Notes under the pieces: model-generated | Databases searched by the model: none | What the model saw: the letters and a program-made list of their open reading frames with translations, nothing else | What the model was told of the DNA's origin: nothing | Shown here: positions 31,697-43,792 of the stretch, piece by piece | Layout of the letters: each line of letters starts with the position of its first letter | How positions within the stretch are numbered: the stretch's first letter is position 1 | Position numbers and translations under genes: made by a program | Source of the DNA: a plasmid | Strand: one strand, 5' to 3' | Sequence record: NZ_CP123987.1 | Length of the DNA: 64,000 nt

Positions 31697-32377
31697 CTAT
31701 AAGTTATTTATATTTTTATCACCGTATAGACTTTCCCAGTCATTTCTAAAATCTGCCACAGCTTGAGAAATAGACGGCATCTTAAAAGCAGATGCTACAA
31801 TATCAGGACCAACTGTTACAGCTTGAGCACCATTACTTAATGCTTCATTTACTTGTGCTACATTATGGAAACTTGCAGCTAAAATTTTAGTATTGCTATT
31901 ATCTAAATTAATTCTTTTAGATAGATTTCTAATAACTTCAGCTGAATTAATATTTTGATTTAACATTCTATTATAGTAAGGAGCCAAGTAGTCAGCACCA
32001 ACGTTGATTGCTTGATAACCTTGAAATTCCGTATAAATTGCAGTTGCTGTTACCCTAATTCCTTCAGCCTTTAGTTTTTTCATGACTTCTAACCCATCTA
32101 AAGTAGTTGGAACTTTGATGTATACATCCTTACCTACTTCATCTACAATTTTATGAGCTTCATCTATCATTCCAGATACTGAAGGTGCCACAACTTGTAC
32201 GTGGAGTTCTCTTTCATCTTCAATGATTTCCTTTATTTTTTTAAGATGTGCGAATAAATCATCGCCTACTCCATCTTTTTTTAGAATCGTTGGATTAGAA
32301 GTTACTCCTTTAACATTTAATTTATCACAGTAATATTTAATCTTTTTCAAATCAACTGTATCTAATAAAAATTCCAT
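31697..32377 (-). CDS. fructose-6-phosphate aldolase / transaldolase-like (MipB/TalC family)
   Basis: 226 aa; 'DTVDLKKI...GVTSNPTI' N-terminus typical of FSA/TalC. Confidence 0.75.
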   Translation of the reverse strand: MEFLLDTVDLKKIKYYCDKLNVKGVTSNPTILKKDGVGDDLFAHLKKIKEIIEDERELHVQVVAPSVSGMIDEAHKIVDEVGKDVYIKVPTTLDGLEVMKKLKAEGIRVTATAIYTEFQGYQAINVGADYLAPYYNRMLNQNINSAEVIRNLSKRINLDNSNTKILAASFHNVAQVNEALSNGAQAVTVGPDIVASAFKMPSISQAVADFRNDWESLYGDKNINNL

Positions 32378-32443
32378 ATCTATTTTGTCCTTTCATGCTA
32401 GAAAAGCATAGAGAAACCTCAACGCTCCCTATGCTTCCCTAAT

Positions 32444-32824
32444 TTATTTTATAATAGCAATCTTTGTACCTTCATTAATTTTAGGGTATTCCTTTTCTTC
32501 TACGTACATTGATCCTGGTAATGTAGCAGTTTTATCCCCTGTGAAGTTAATGGCTATATGACCTAAGTTCTTCAAGTTAGTTTGAACTTCGTTACCTACT
32601 GCTGTTATTTTATATTTTTCATCGTCAATTTGTAAAGTCATACCTGCCTTTATTTCACCAGATAATTCGTTTACTTTAATGATGTAGCAGGATGGTCTAA
32701 GTGCATCTGGAGCCCCTTCACCAAATAAGATAACCATCTTAATTTCCTTGAAATTCTTAGCTTCTTCACCAATTTCTATAACTTCTGTTTCATAAAGCTT
32801 AGTCTTTTTCTTTTGTAAGAACAT
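32444..32824 (-). CDS. srlB: PTS glucitol/sorbitol-specific EIIA
   Basis: 126 aa; operon position after EIIC and EIIBC. Confidence 0.75.
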   Translation of the reverse strand: MFLQKKKTKLYETEVIEIGEEAKNFKEIKMVILFGEGAPDALRPSCYIIKVNELSGEIKAGMTLQIDDEKYKITAVGNEVQTNLKNLGHIAINFTGDKTATLPGSMYVEEKEYPKINEGTKIAIIK

Positions 32825-32860
32825 AACAAATCACACCTCATCATCAATTCATTTTTACTT

Positions 32861-33886
32861 TTATTTTCCTGAATATAATCCGAAACTAGCTAACCATGCT
32901 ACAAATACTCGAGGTAAACCGTTTAAGAAACGTGAGTACAATACAGATGTAACCCCAACTTCAACTGTTTCTGGCTTAGCTTCTTCAAGACCTAAACCAA
33001 CAGGAATGAAGTCACAGGCATTTTGAGTATTGATAGCGAACAATGCTGGTAATGCATATTGTGGAGGAATATGACCTTTACCAATTTCAACACCAATTAG
33101 AGTACCGATAACTTGGGCAATTACAGCACCTGGTCCAAGCAATGGTGATAAGAATGGCAATGAACAAATGAAACCTAAAATCATCAAGCCCCAAACGTTA
33201 CCTGCAAGAGGTACCATGATTTTAGCGAACCAGTTACCAATACCGGAACCCATGATAATACCGATTAGCAAAGCAACAAATGCCATAAATGGAATAATTG
33301 TATTCAAAACTGTTTGTACTGATTCCTTAGCAGCTTGGTTAAATGTAGCAACAACTTTACCTACACCAATACCAATCTTAGCGATAAATCCGCCACCATG
33401 ACCTTGTTGTGTCAATGTTTTAGAAGTATCTATTCCGTCTTCTTTATCATCTGCAACTTCTTCTTTGGTAGCCTTTTCATTTTGTTGTTTAACAATTGCT
33501 TCTGCATCTTCAGCATTTACTAATGAAATTTGCTTTGGAGTTACAGCAGATACATATAATTCTGGAGTAATGTATTTAGCTAAAGGACCACTTTTACCTG
33601 TTGGAAGAACATTTACTGTTAAAATATTTTTACTTGGGTAAATACCACAACGTAAGGTACCACCACAGTCAACGATTGCTAATGCGATTTCTTCATCAGG
33701 AATTGCTGTCTTAAAACCATCAATAGCTTCCATACCTGTTAATTCAACAATTGTATCAACAATATCTGGTCTATTACCACCTGTTACATAAACTACTTTA
33801 TGTTTTTCTTCTGTTGGTGTTACAACGATTGGACCACCCCAACCACCTGAGCCTTTTACGATTTTAATACTGTTCCATTTACTCAT
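32861..33886 (-). CDS. srlE: PTS glucitol/sorbitol-specific EIIBC
   Basis: 341 aa; N-terminal soluble domain with 'DCGGTLRCG' plus C-terminal membrane domain. Confidence 0.8.
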   Translation of the reverse strand: MSKWNSIKIVKGSGGWGGPIVVTPTEEKHKVVYVTGGNRPDIVDTIVELTGMEAIDGFKTAIPDEEIALAIVDCGGTLRCGIYPSKNILTVNVLPTGKSGPLAKYITPELYVSAVTPKQISLVNAEDAEAIVKQQNEKATKEEVADDKEDGIDTSKTLTQQGHGGGFIAKIGIGVGKVVATFNQAAKESVQTVLNTIIPFMAFVALLIGIIMGSGIGNWFAKIMVPLAGNVWGLMILGFICSLPFLSPLLGPGAVIAQVIGTLIGVEIGKGHIPPQYALPALFAINTQNACDFIPVGLGLEEAKPETVEVGVTSVLYSRFLNGLPRVFVAWLASFGLYSGK

Positions 33887-33902
33887 AGTTCATTACCTCC
33901 AA

Positions 33903-34445
33903 TTAATCCACTGTCTTAGATAACTTGATTCCAGTTGTGCGACATACATAAGCAGTTGTAAAGTCAGTTACCCAACCACCGATGAAGTTCATAACTAAAC
34001 CTACTAATAAGTATCTAATAGCTAAGTCCATACTATTCAAACCTAATTTTTGTACACCTTGTGCGATACCCATCCATACAAACAATTCACCTGGATTGAT
34101 GTGAGGGAATACCCCATTACTTGTATGACAGAATTGAGCTTGTGCAGCGTAGTAACTTGGCTTGTAGTATTCAGGTAAGAAACGAGCCATTGTAAAGGAC
34201 ATTGGATTACCTAACATAAATGCTGATAAGAATGGCAAAATTAGATAACGTGTAAAGATGTTCTTAGATGCCCCTCTAGCAATCTTATCCATCTTTTCTT
34301 CACCTAAGAATGCAATAATTGTATTCATTAAAACCAATAATAGCAATACAACTGGTACGATTGTCTTCATCCAACCAATGAATGTTTTTCCACCTGTTTC
34401 AAAGAGGTTCATAAAACCTGATGCAAGATTTACAACTATATCCAT
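33903..34445 (-). CDS. srlA: PTS glucitol/sorbitol-specific EIIC component
   Basis: 180 aa membrane protein immediately upstream of srlE. Confidence 0.8.
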   Translation of the reverse strand: MDIVVNLASGFMNLFETGGKTFIGWMKTIVPVVLLLLVLMNTIIAFLGEEKMDKIARGASKNIFTRYLILPFLSAFMLGNPMSFTMARFLPEYYKPSYYAAQAQFCHTSNGVFPHINPGELFVWMGIAQGVQKLGLNSMDLAIRYLLVGLVMNFIGGWVTDFTTAYVCRTTGIKLSKTVD

Positions 34446-34456
34446 GAGATCATCTC

Positions 34457-34954
34457 CTAATTAAATTTCTTTGACATATTTGCCTTCAAATTGTTTGCCA
34501 TTAAACCAATCTTTGTAAATAATGGCATGTTGAACACATTTACACTTGTATCGTAAGCACTTGCTGACAATTTTTGTGTCTTAAAATCAACAAAAGTTTT
34601 GTAAGCATTCAATAAACATTGTCTAGTCAATTTATTCATTCTCTTTAACTCTTGATAATCTGCAGCTAAAACCGCGATGTTTTTACCTTCGAGTTTCTTC
34701 AATGTTCTAAATTTAGCGAACACTGTAACCCCTTGCATTAAACGAGCTTCTTTTATATTTCCATCATTATCTATCGCTATCAACATCAATGAACCTGAAA
34801 AGAAGCGTTTAGGATTTTTACCAATCAGAATGCGATAAGGTCCTAGTAATCTTAGTTCACGATAATTTCTGGAAAAATTTTTAATTTGAAAGATTCCAAA
34901 CAATCCTTGTAAGAGAAACGCCCCTACAACAATCAATCCTATTAAAATAATCAT
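34457..34954 (-). CDS. gutM: glucitol operon activator GutM
   Basis: 165 aa; N-terminal TM; between the regulator and the EIIC gene, as in gutFRMCBA operons. Confidence 0.65.
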   Translation of the reverse strand: MIILIGLIVVGAFLLQGLFGIFQIKNFSRNYRELRLLGPYRILIGKNPKRFFSGSLMLIAIDNDGNIKEARLMQGVTVFAKFRTLKKLEGKNIAVLAADYQELKRMNKLTRQCLLNAYKTFVDFKTQKLSASAYDTSVNVFNMPLFTKIGLMANNLKANMSKKFN

Positions 34955-36814
34955 CTATATTCCCTCCGTTATCTGTGTTAATGGTAAATCCATGTCATAT
35001 TCCAACAAATTATTATAAATTTCATCATATCCTGAAATCATAAAGATTAAGTCGTATACGCGAGACAGAATCTTACTCAATTTAGAGTTTAGATTTTGCG
35101 GTATACCTATTAAGAAAATGATTCTTACTTCTTTTCCCTGATATTTTACAGCTTTTGATAAGATGCCAACTGTCAACAATATTCTAGAATGATTAGATTT
35201 ATCAACCATATGCGGAATTGCAATCCCATTTTGGAAGACATTACTCATTTTTTCTTCTCTTTTCTTCCAATCTAGCTTAAATTCTGGTAATAATTCACCT
35301 GTTGAAATTTCTGTATCAATTAAATTCTCAACAGCTTTCAAATAGGAAATTCTTTCTTCAAATCTTTGAATTCTAAATTTTACTTGTTGGCTACTAATTC
35401 CCGCCATAACTTGCGATAGAGTTACTTTGCTAACTAATTCGTCATTCTTAAAGATACTCTGAATTCTAACAATTGGAGTTGTAACATCTTTACTTTCAAG
35501 TGGTAAAGTTGAAAATACAATCAAGTAACGTTCGGACGATTTCTTGAAACTTTCACTACTCTTGAAAACATCTGCTTCAGTTGTTCCTTGAAAAGTTTCA
35601 TTTAACCTACTAATAATCAAATTTTGAATACTTTTACTTACTTCACCAACAATCGCAACTTTATGATATTGAGGATTCCCTCTTTTTTCATCTTCTATTT
35701 CCATTTGATAATAAAGTGCTAAATAACCCAATTCTTTATCTGAAATCTTAATATGCAGTTTACTTTCTAATAAATTAACTGTCATAATAGCTAAATCTAC
35801 TGCCACTGGATATTTTTCAACAATTTCTCGACTGAATAGATCATCATTTCTCATATATGTGGCACTTCTATTTATCATGAAAATTGAATGATACTTTATC
35901 TGTTCAAAGACTCGATTGTAATCAATATCTAGACTGATATTTTCCTTAACTTGACTAAAAATTTCTGCAAATAATTCATCTATCCACATCAAGCGTTTAT
36001 TTATTCGTTCAGTATTTCTATTACTATAATTGATATTCAGTGGTATTAATAGGAAGCTTTTTTCTGCTTCTGTTATTTCCTTTGAATGTAAATACTTCTT
36101 TAATATAGATAGAATTTCGTCATTTACTTCAGAACTAGTTAATTCATAATAACAATCTGGCGTCGTTGAAATTTTTCTACCATGCTCATGTAAGAAGTTA
36201 AGTATTTTCAAATGTCTTATTATTAAATTACGTACTGTTTTACTTTTATCGTACTTTCTAACTAATTTGGTTATTTCCTGCTTTTCTTCAATTGCTAGTT
36301 TCTCACCCAAATCATAGTAGTCACAAACAAAGTTACGTAGAATGAAAGCAATCTGACAGTCTTCCTTACTTTCTAACATTACTCCGTTGTTACTTACCGA
36401 TCGAATAGTAGTATCGTAATCTTTTAATAGAAGTTTTATTTCTTTAATATCACGATTGATTGTACCTTTACTTACCATCAAATATTCAGATAAATCATCA
36501 AGTAACATATATCCTTTAGATTTAATCAGCATCAATAATATATATGCTTGACGTTTTAAAGGATTATTGAAATCCAAAGTTGTCTTTAAATAATGCGTCT
36601 GAAATTTAGCTAATCTAGCATAATCTTCGACTTTCAAATAATATTTTTGATTTTTTTCTTGAATCTCAGCTATTTCGCCTAATTCTTCATTCAAACTCGT
36701 TATATACTTTTGTAAAGTTTTCTTAGATACCTGTAACTCACTAACTAACCTATCTACTGTAATCGAATCATTTGTCGTAAGAATCTTAAACAATTGATAG
36801 TTTAATACATTCAT
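34955..36814 (-). CDS. gutR: sorbitol operon transcriptional regulator (GutR, PRD/BglG-type)
   Basis: 619 aa; N-terminal HTH; operon context. Confidence 0.7.
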   Translation of the reverse strand: MNVLNYQLFKILTTNDSITVDRLVSELQVSKKTLQKYITSLNEELGEIAEIQEKNQKYYLKVEDYARLAKFQTHYLKTTLDFNNPLKRQAYILLMLIKSKGYMLLDDLSEYLMVSKGTINRDIKEIKLLLKDYDTTIRSVSNNGVMLESKEDCQIAFILRNFVCDYYDLGEKLAIEEKQEITKLVRKYDKSKTVRNLIIRHLKILNFLHEHGRKISTTPDCYYELTSSEVNDEILSILKKYLHSKEITEAEKSFLLIPLNINYSNRNTERINKRLMWIDELFAEIFSQVKENISLDIDYNRVFEQIKYHSIFMINRSATYMRNDDLFSREIVEKYPVAVDLAIMTVNLLESKLHIKISDKELGYLALYYQMEIEDEKRGNPQYHKVAIVGEVSKSIQNLIISRLNETFQGTTEADVFKSSESFKKSSERYLIVFSTLPLESKDVTTPIVRIQSIFKNDELVSKVTLSQVMAGISSQQVKFRIQRFEERISYLKAVENLIDTEISTGELLPEFKLDWKKREEKMSNVFQNGIAIPHMVDKSNHSRILLTVGILSKAVKYQGKEVRIIFLIGIPQNLNSKLSKILSRVYDLIFMISGYDEIYNNLLEYDMDLPLTQITEGI

Positions 36815-36829
36815 AACCTATCCCACTTT

Positions 36830-37633
36830 CTATCCGCGAGATTTTCCTCCGGCAACGTTTGTTGTAACACCTGTTATATAACTTGATCTGTCTGATAAGT
36901 AGTAGGCAACTAAATCAGCAACTTCTGATAATTTACCACTTCTTCCTAATGGTGTAGTACTCTTACTCTTGTATCCTGCACGGACATCTTCAACCGTTTT
37001 ATGTCTTGTATATGCCAAAGCTTCTTCATAAGCTAGTGTTCTTAAACCTGTTGCTTCCATAATTCCAGGAGCTACACCTACTACACGAACATTGAATTCA
37101 CCTAATTCTTTTGCCCATGAACGTGTTAAACCTACGATTGCTGCTTTAGTTCCTGAATAAATGCTTTGTCCTTGTGAACCTTCCAGACCAGCTTCAGAAG
37201 CCATATTAACAATTACACCTGATTTTTGTTTTACTAATTGACGAGCAACAGCTTGTGACATCAAAAATACACTCTTTACATTGACATTAAACATCTTGTC
37301 AAAATCATTTTCAGTTAATTCATATTTGCTATTGCTTTCCTTAGCATCTACTAACAATCTTGGTAAGTTAATACCTGCATTATTTACAACACCATCAACA
37401 TGTCCATGTTCTTCAACAACTCTAGCAACTAATGCATCAACTTGTCCTTTATTTGTTACATCTGTCTCTACAAATGTTAAATGATCATGTTCTTCCTTAG
37501 CTGGTTGTAAATCTGCATCATATACATATGCGCCGTCATTTAATAATTCTTTTACAATTGCTTCCCCGATACCAGAAGAACCACCTGTTACAATGTACAC
37601 CTTTTCATTTAAGTTCAGCCAGTTCTCACTCAT
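36830..37633 (-). CDS. srlD: sorbitol-6-phosphate 2-dehydrogenase (SDR family)
   Basis: 267 aa; 'TGGSSGIG' Rossmann motif; 'YSGTKAA' catalytic YxxxK. Confidence 0.8.
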   Translation of the reverse strand: MSENWLNLNEKVYIVTGGSSGIGEAIVKELLNDGAYVYDADLQPAKEEHDHLTFVETDVTNKGQVDALVARVVEEHGHVDGVVNNAGINLPRLLVDAKESNSKYELTENDFDKMFNVNVKSVFLMSQAVARQLVKQKSGVIVNMASEAGLEGSQGQSIYSGTKAAIVGLTRSWAKELGEFNVRVVGVAPGIMEATGLRTLAYEEALAYTRHKTVEDVRAGYKSKSTTPLGRSGKLSEVADLVAYYLSDRSSYITGVTTNVAGGKSRG

Positions 37634-37999
37634 AAGAATTCCTCCAATAACTTTATATCTTTATTACAATTCTTATTTTAGTGTTAACGGTTACAACAAT
37701 TAATACCAAGAATTTCTAAAATCTGAGAAAAATATTGCATGAATTAAATATTTAAATAAAATTATACAGTTAACATAAATTTAAATCAATATATAGTAGG
37801 TAATTATTTTAAATAATATTTTTTATCATCTTATATCCTTTAATACGATATTATTATTTTTTCTTTCCTATTTTCTCTAACTTACACAAAAGTTACTAAA
37901 AAGTACCTATGTTACTTTAAAGTTCGTACTTACAAAAAGTAACTAAATAGTATATATTATCTTCATCAACTTAATATATGAAAGGAAAGAATTTTTAAG

Positions 38000-39202
38000 A
38001 TGAATAAAATTTCACCTCGTTTAACATTATTTGCACTGGCTATTAATGCTTTTGCAATAGGTTCTACTGAATTTATTAGCGTTGGATTACTTCCAATGAT
38101 CGTTAAAAGTTTCAATATTAGTTTATCTCAAGCTGGACTAACTGTTTCATTGTATGCTTTAGGCGTAACTATTGGCGCACCTTTGTTAACGATTTTAACT
38201 GGTAAATGGAGCCGCCATTCCTTAATGCTAGGAATCATGACTTTATTTATAATAGGTAATTTACTTGCAGCTTTTGCTCCGTTTTTTGCTATTTTACTAT
38301 TGGGTAGAATTTTAGCCGCTTTAGCTCATGGAATATTCATGTCAATTTCAACAGTTATAGCTGCTGATGTAGTTGAACCATCTCGTCGTGCTAGTGCTAT
38401 TGCAATTATGTTTACCGGACTAACTGTTGCAACTGTTACAGGTGTTCCTTTGGGTACTTTTATTGGTCAACAAACTTCTTGGAATATGTCTTTTATCTTC
38501 ATCGCTACCGTGGGACTTATTGGTTTAATTGCTGATTATTTTCTAATTCCTAAATCTTTACCAATTCCTGGAAAAGTAGATTTGCATGGTTTTATTCGTA
38601 TCTTTACTAACAAACCTTTAGTTCTATCATTCCTGATTACTGCTTTTGGCTATGGAGGAACTTTTGCAGCATATACTTATCTTTCTCCATTATTAGAAGG
38701 AGTAGGCTTTTCAGCAAACGCCATTGTTATTATTTTAGTTATTTACGGAGTAATGGTCGCTATTGGCAATACTTTAGGAGGACGTTTTGCTAATACTAAC
38801 CCTCTTAATTCTTTAATAAAGATGTTTGAGTTGTTAATGACTACCTTACTTTTCCTTTTTGTTGCAGTTTTAGCTAATAATGGGATACTAACCTTACTAG
38901 CAAGTATATTACTTGGTCTATTCGCCTTTATGAACGTTCCAGGCTTGCAATTATATGTAGTTCAATTAGCTGAAAAATATGTACCTAATGATATTACTCT
39001 GGCTTCTGCTTTAAATATTGCAGCTTTTAATATCGGTATAACACTAGGATCATTTATCGGTTCCAGTGTGACTGATACTTTATCAGTTATATATACACCT
39101 CTATTTGGAGCCATAGTCGTGATTATCGCTATTGTACTAATTCTATTCATTAGAAACGATCGTCAATCTGTCTCTGATGTAATTCCTGAAGAAAATAAAT
39201 AA
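38000..39202 (+). CDS. MFS transporter
   Basis: 400 aa, 12 predicted TM helices; 'GRILAALAHG' motif-A-like loop. Confidence 0.8.
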   Translation: MNKISPRLTLFALAINAFAIGSTEFISVGLLPMIVKSFNISLSQAGLTVSLYALGVTIGAPLLTILTGKWSRHSLMLGIMTLFIIGNLLAAFAPFFAILLLGRILAALAHGIFMSISTVIAADVVEPSRRASAIAIMFTGLTVATVTGVPLGTFIGQQTSWNMSFIFIATVGLIGLIADYFLIPKSLPIPGKVDLHGFIRIFTNKPLVLSFLITAFGYGGTFAAYTYLSPLLEGVGFSANAIVIILVIYGVMVAIGNTLGGRFANTNPLNSLIKMFELLMTTLLFLFVAVLANNGILTLLASILLGLFAFMNVPGLQLYVVQLAEKYVPNDITLASALNIAAFNIGITLGSFIGSSVTDTLSVIYTPLFGAIVVIIAIVLILFIRNDRQSVSDVIPEENK

Positions 39203-39274
39203 TCTTTACAAAAACACGCTAAGGATAAAAATTTTTCTCCTTAGCGTGTTTTTAGCTTCAGTATTATTTTTTTA

Positions 39275-40174
39275 CTATTCCTTCATTAAATCAGAAATAA
39301 TTTCCGCAGCACTTTTACTCTCATGAATCATTCCAGCAACTGAACCAGCAAATATTATTCCATTTTCTACATCATCTTGATAAACAGCCTTCTGATATGC
39401 CTCATCTAACAATTGATTGAATTTTAACTTATCAGTCATTTTGTCTTCCAACTCATATAGCTCTTTAGCTTTCTTATTTACAACCGTTCGACTGGCTACT
39501 CCCATTTTTGTACCAATTACACCAATAGAAGTGTCCTTTGATTCAATAATCGTTTTCTTCCAATTATCACCAACGGGACTTTCCTTAGAAATCGAGAAAA
39601 TTGTACCACATTGTACACCTTCAGCTCCCATCGCCATTGCTGCCTTCACTCCACGATTATCAGCAATTCCTCCGGCTGCAATAACAGGAATATTTACGGC
39701 ATCAACAACTTGAGGCCAAAGAGTTTGCGATGCCATAGTTCCGATATGTCCTCCACTTTCCATACCTTCAGCAATAACAGCATCTACACCTAGATCTTCC
39801 ATCTTTTTAGCAATTTTTACATTTGGAATTACAGGCATTACTTTTATTCCTGCTTCCTTTAGTTTAGGCATATATAATTTAGGTGTACCAGCACCAGTTG
39901 TTACAATTTTTACTCCTTCTTCAATGACAACATCAACGATTTCTGGAGCCCTCTTATTTAAAAACATCAAGTTGACAGCAAATGGCTTATCAGTTAATTC
40001 TTTTACTTTATGGATTTCTTCGCGTACCTGTTCAGGTGTATCTTGCCCTGAAGCTAGCACCCCTAAACCACCAGCATTAGAAACAGCTGCCACCAATCCG
40101 ACTTTAGCTACATCTTGCATCGCTCCTTGAATAATTGGATATTTAATTCCTAACATTTCTGTAATTCGATTCAT
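39275..40174 (-). CDS. NPD-family FMN oxidoreductase (nitronate monooxygenase / FabK-like)
   Basis: 299 aa; 'GIKYPIIQGAM' N-terminus and 'GGIADNRGVKAAMAMGAEGVQCGT' typical of 2-nitropropane dioxygenase-like proteins. Confidence 0.75.
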   Translation of the reverse strand: MNRITEMLGIKYPIIQGAMQDVAKVGLVAAVSNAGGLGVLASGQDTPEQVREEIHKVKELTDKPFAVNLMFLNKRAPEIVDVVIEEGVKIVTTGAGTPKLYMPKLKEAGIKVMPVIPNVKIAKKMEDLGVDAVIAEGMESGGHIGTMASQTLWPQVVDAVNIPVIAAGGIADNRGVKAAMAMGAEGVQCGTIFSISKESPVGDNWKKTIIESKDTSIGVIGTKMGVASRTVVNKKAKELYELEDKMTDKLKFNQLLDEAYQKAVYQDDVENGIIFAGSVAGMIHESKSAAEIISDLMKE

Positions 40175-40278
40175 GATTTCTCACCTCAATTATTTAAAAT
40201 ATAAAAAGGATATCTTACAACCATATAGTTATAAGATATCCCAATTGATATTAATGGTAATTACAATTTACTAAATAA

Positions 40279-42936
40279 TTAGAATTGATCGATCAACAAT
40301 TGACGAATTTCTTCCAAGTATGGTTGACGAGGATTTGCAGTTGTGCATTGATCATCGTAAATACGATCAACCATCTTATCAAGAGCTTTTTCAAATTGTT
40401 CTTTAGTTACACCATTTGCAGATAACTTAGGTTCAACGTCTAACTTCTTCATTAAATCGTTAATCTTGTTGCATAATGCATCTACTAATTCAGCATCTGA
40501 GTTGCCTTTCAAGCCTAATGCACGAGCAATATCTGCATAATCTTTTTGAGCACGATATACTTCATAACGTGGGAATGGTGTACGCTTTACACGACCAGAA
40601 GCACCGTTAAATTTAATTACATGTTGCATAGCGATGGAAATTGCCAAACCATGTGGTAATCCAAATTCCCCACCAGTCTTATGAGCGATTGAGTGGTTGA
40701 TACCTAAGAATGCGTTAGCAAATGCCATACCTGCTAATGTTGCAGCATAGTGCATGTTTTCACGAGCCTTTTCACCTTCCAATGTAGGATGTTTTGGATC
40801 GTAGTTGTATGAAGCTTCCAAGTTTTCAAATACTAACTTGATAGCTTGCATTGACCATGGACGTGTGAAGTCAGATGCCATAACTGATACATATGATTCA
40901 AGGGCATGTGATAAACTATCCAATCCAGACAATGCTACAGTTCTCTTAGGAACAGTCATAACAAATTCTGGGTCTACGATTGATACTTGTGGTGTCAATT
41001 CATAGTCTGTTAATGGATACTTAACATGTGTATTGTCATCTGTAATAACAGCATATGGTGTTACTTCGGAACCTGTACCAGATGTTGTTGGAATTGCAAA
41101 CATTCTTGTCTTCTTTGCATGATGGAACTTAACAATTCTCTTACGGATATCAACGAATTTTTGTTGTAATTCTTTAAATACTTCACTAACTTTTTCGTAG
41201 CTATCTAAGAATCCTGGTTCTTGATCTAAGGAGTATTCGTAGATATAACGAGCAATCTTTGTAGCATCCAATGCGGAGCCACCACCGATAGCAATAACTG
41301 TATCTGGTTCGAATTGTGCCATTTGTTGAGCAATTTCAATTGTTTGTCCTAACATTGGGTCAGGTCTTACAGTTCCATAAAGAGATATTTTAACTTCATT
41401 TTCTCTTGCTGCTAATTGATCGTAAACTTTGTCTACAAATCCAAACTTAACCATTCCTGGGTCAGCTACGATGAATGCACGGTTAATATCTTCAGTTTCA
41501 TCTTGTAGATAGCTGATAGCATTCTTTTCGTAGTAGATCTTTTCTGGTAAACGAACCCATTGAGGCCTGTTACGTCTCTTAGCAACTGTCTTAACATTTA
41601 ATAGGTCTGATGTTGATAAATTATGTGACAATGAATTCTTCCCCCATGATCCTGTTCCAAGTGTCAAACTTGCACGTAAGCCATCTGTGTAAATATCACC
41701 AATACCACCAATGGAATCAGGTTGATTTACCAAGATACGAGCTGCTTTAGTTCTATCACCAAATTCTTTTACAAATGGATCGGATTGAGAACCAATTTGG
41801 ATAGCAGCGTTATGGCCTGCACCTTGATAATCTAATAATGCAGCAACGGTCTTAATACCATCTTCACGATCTTTTGCTTTATATACTGACAATAATGGAG
41901 AAAGCTTTTCAGATGATAGTTTTTCACCGATGTTCTTAGCAGAAAGTTCGAATAACATTACATCTTTACCTTCTGGAAGTTCTACACCAGCTTGTTCAGC
42001 AATCCAGCGAGCTGGCTTACCAGCAACTGGACCATTTACACCATGTCTATCATTGAATACGAAATCTTCAATCTTCTTATAGTCTTTCTTAGGAACAACG
42101 TATGCTCCTTTTTCTTCCATCTTCTTTAGCCATTCATCATAGATAGGAGCTTCAACAACTGCAGAGTTTTCAGTAGCACAAATCATACCGTTATCAAATC
42201 TCTTAGATAGAAGTAAATCTTCAACAGCTCTGTCAAGGTGTGCTGTATGATCAACGTAGATAGCACCATTACCAGCACCTACACCCATTGATGGATTACC
42301 AGACTTCAAAGCTGCATTAACCATTCCTGGACCACCAGTAGCCAAAATAGAAGCAATCTTTGGATTTTGAATAAGAGCTGTTGTCTTTTCTAGACTTGGT
42401 TCTTCAATCCATTGAATAATGTTCTTTGGAGCACCAGCTTTTACAGCTGCATCATAAACGATCTTTGCAGCATGTGCTGAACTCTTTTGAGCTTGTGGGT
42501 GGAAAGCGAATACAATTGCGTTTCTAGTCTTCAATGCTAATAATGACTTAAACATTGCTGTTGATGTTGGGTTTGTTGTAGGTACAATACCTGCTAAAAC
42601 ACCAAGTGGAGCTGCAATTTTTACTTCGCCTTTAATCTTATCTTCTTCAATTACACCAACTGTTTTATCATTCTTAATAGCATTATAGACATTTTCAGTT
42701 GCGAAACGGTTCTTTGTATCCTTATCTTCTACAACCCCACGTCCAGTTTCATCTACTGCTTCATGAGCTAAAATCAAAGCAGCCTCTGAGCCAGCCAAAG
42801 CAGCAGCTGCAACAATCTTATCTACTTGTTCTTGTGAGAAAGTAGAATATTCTTGTTCAGCTTTTAATGCTTTTTCTACTAAACCATCAGTGTATACACG
42901 AGCATCTTCTTCTTTGTTGTTTGTCTTGTTAACCAT
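40279..42936 (-). CDS. adhE: bifunctional acetaldehyde-CoA / alcohol dehydrogenase
   Basis: 885 aa; N-terminal ALDH domain and C-terminal Fe-ADH domain (GGGS..D..K; 'HSIAHKTGG...HG'). Confidence 0.95.
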   Translation of the reverse strand: MVNKTNNKEEDARVYTDGLVEKALKAEQEYSTFSQEQVDKIVAAAALAGSEAALILAHEAVDETGRGVVEDKDTKNRFATENVYNAIKNDKTVGVIEEDKIKGEVKIAAPLGVLAGIVPTTNPTSTAMFKSLLALKTRNAIVFAFHPQAQKSSAHAAKIVYDAAVKAGAPKNIIQWIEEPSLEKTTALIQNPKIASILATGGPGMVNAALKSGNPSMGVGAGNGAIYVDHTAHLDRAVEDLLLSKRFDNGMICATENSAVVEAPIYDEWLKKMEEKGAYVVPKKDYKKIEDFVFNDRHGVNGPVAGKPARWIAEQAGVELPEGKDVMLFELSAKNIGEKLSSEKLSPLLSVYKAKDREDGIKTVAALLDYQGAGHNAAIQIGSQSDPFVKEFGDRTKAARILVNQPDSIGGIGDIYTDGLRASLTLGTGSWGKNSLSHNLSTSDLLNVKTVAKRRNRPQWVRLPEKIYYEKNAISYLQDETEDINRAFIVADPGMVKFGFVDKVYDQLAARENEVKISLYGTVRPDPMLGQTIEIAQQMAQFEPDTVIAIGGGSALDATKIARYIYEYSLDQEPGFLDSYEKVSEVFKELQQKFVDIRKRIVKFHHAKKTRMFAIPTTSGTGSEVTPYAVITDDNTHVKYPLTDYELTPQVSIVDPEFVMTVPKRTVALSGLDSLSHALESYVSVMASDFTRPWSMQAIKLVFENLEASYNYDPKHPTLEGEKARENMHYAATLAGMAFANAFLGINHSIAHKTGGEFGLPHGLAISIAMQHVIKFNGASGRVKRTPFPRYEVYRAQKDYADIARALGLKGNSDAELVDALCNKINDLMKKLDVEPKLSANGVTKEQFEKALDKMVDRIYDDQCTTANPRQPYLEEIRQLLIDQF

Positions 42937-43792
42937 TACTTTAGCCTCCTACTATAGCTAAATAAACTATAAGTTAATATTTAACCATTAATAAACGATA
43001 CAAATATAATTATGTTATCGTGAATTAATTCACAAATATTACACTTATAAAATAACATCATATACACAATAAATCAATACTATTTTTAAATTTATTTTAT
43101 TTTTTCTTTTATTTTGTTAAATAAGTCACTTACTTAAACGGATTAAAAATATAAATAAAGTATATAGAAAATATTAAAAATATTTTTTGTAATCGTTTTC
43201 TATAATGATTTAATCATATCTTATATACTGTTTTTTTACAATATATTTCAACAAATTTATCGATAAAAATACTTTAATATCAATTAAACAGCATGTATCA
43301 ATTCTAATTATGATTAAAATAATAATTCTTTACCCTTTCATTAGCCCTACCTAAGTTTATAAACCTAAAACTTATTGTTACTTAGTTTTAATTAATCCAC
43401 AATAATATAAGAATTTTAGATACATTAGTACTCACTACATATAATTTGCTTCTCTTCTTTTTTATTCTTTATCTTCTTGGTTAAACTATGAAGAAAAATA
43501 TAATTTTTTGTTAAATTTATTTGAAGAAATGTTTGAAAAAATATTTATTTTACTATATTCTAAAAGGGACGAAATGTATGAAAACGAATAAAATCATCAT
43601 AAAAATATCAAGTTACATTGTTCACATAATTAAAAATCAGAAGTTAGACTTATCTTTTACTATTTATACTTATTGTACTTTTCTAGATAACTATCAATAA
43701 TTATATTTTCTTATTTCTGATTAACTCTAAATTTATGATTTTCCATTCAATCCTGAGCATTTCTTAATTACTTTTAGAAAGGACAGATTAAT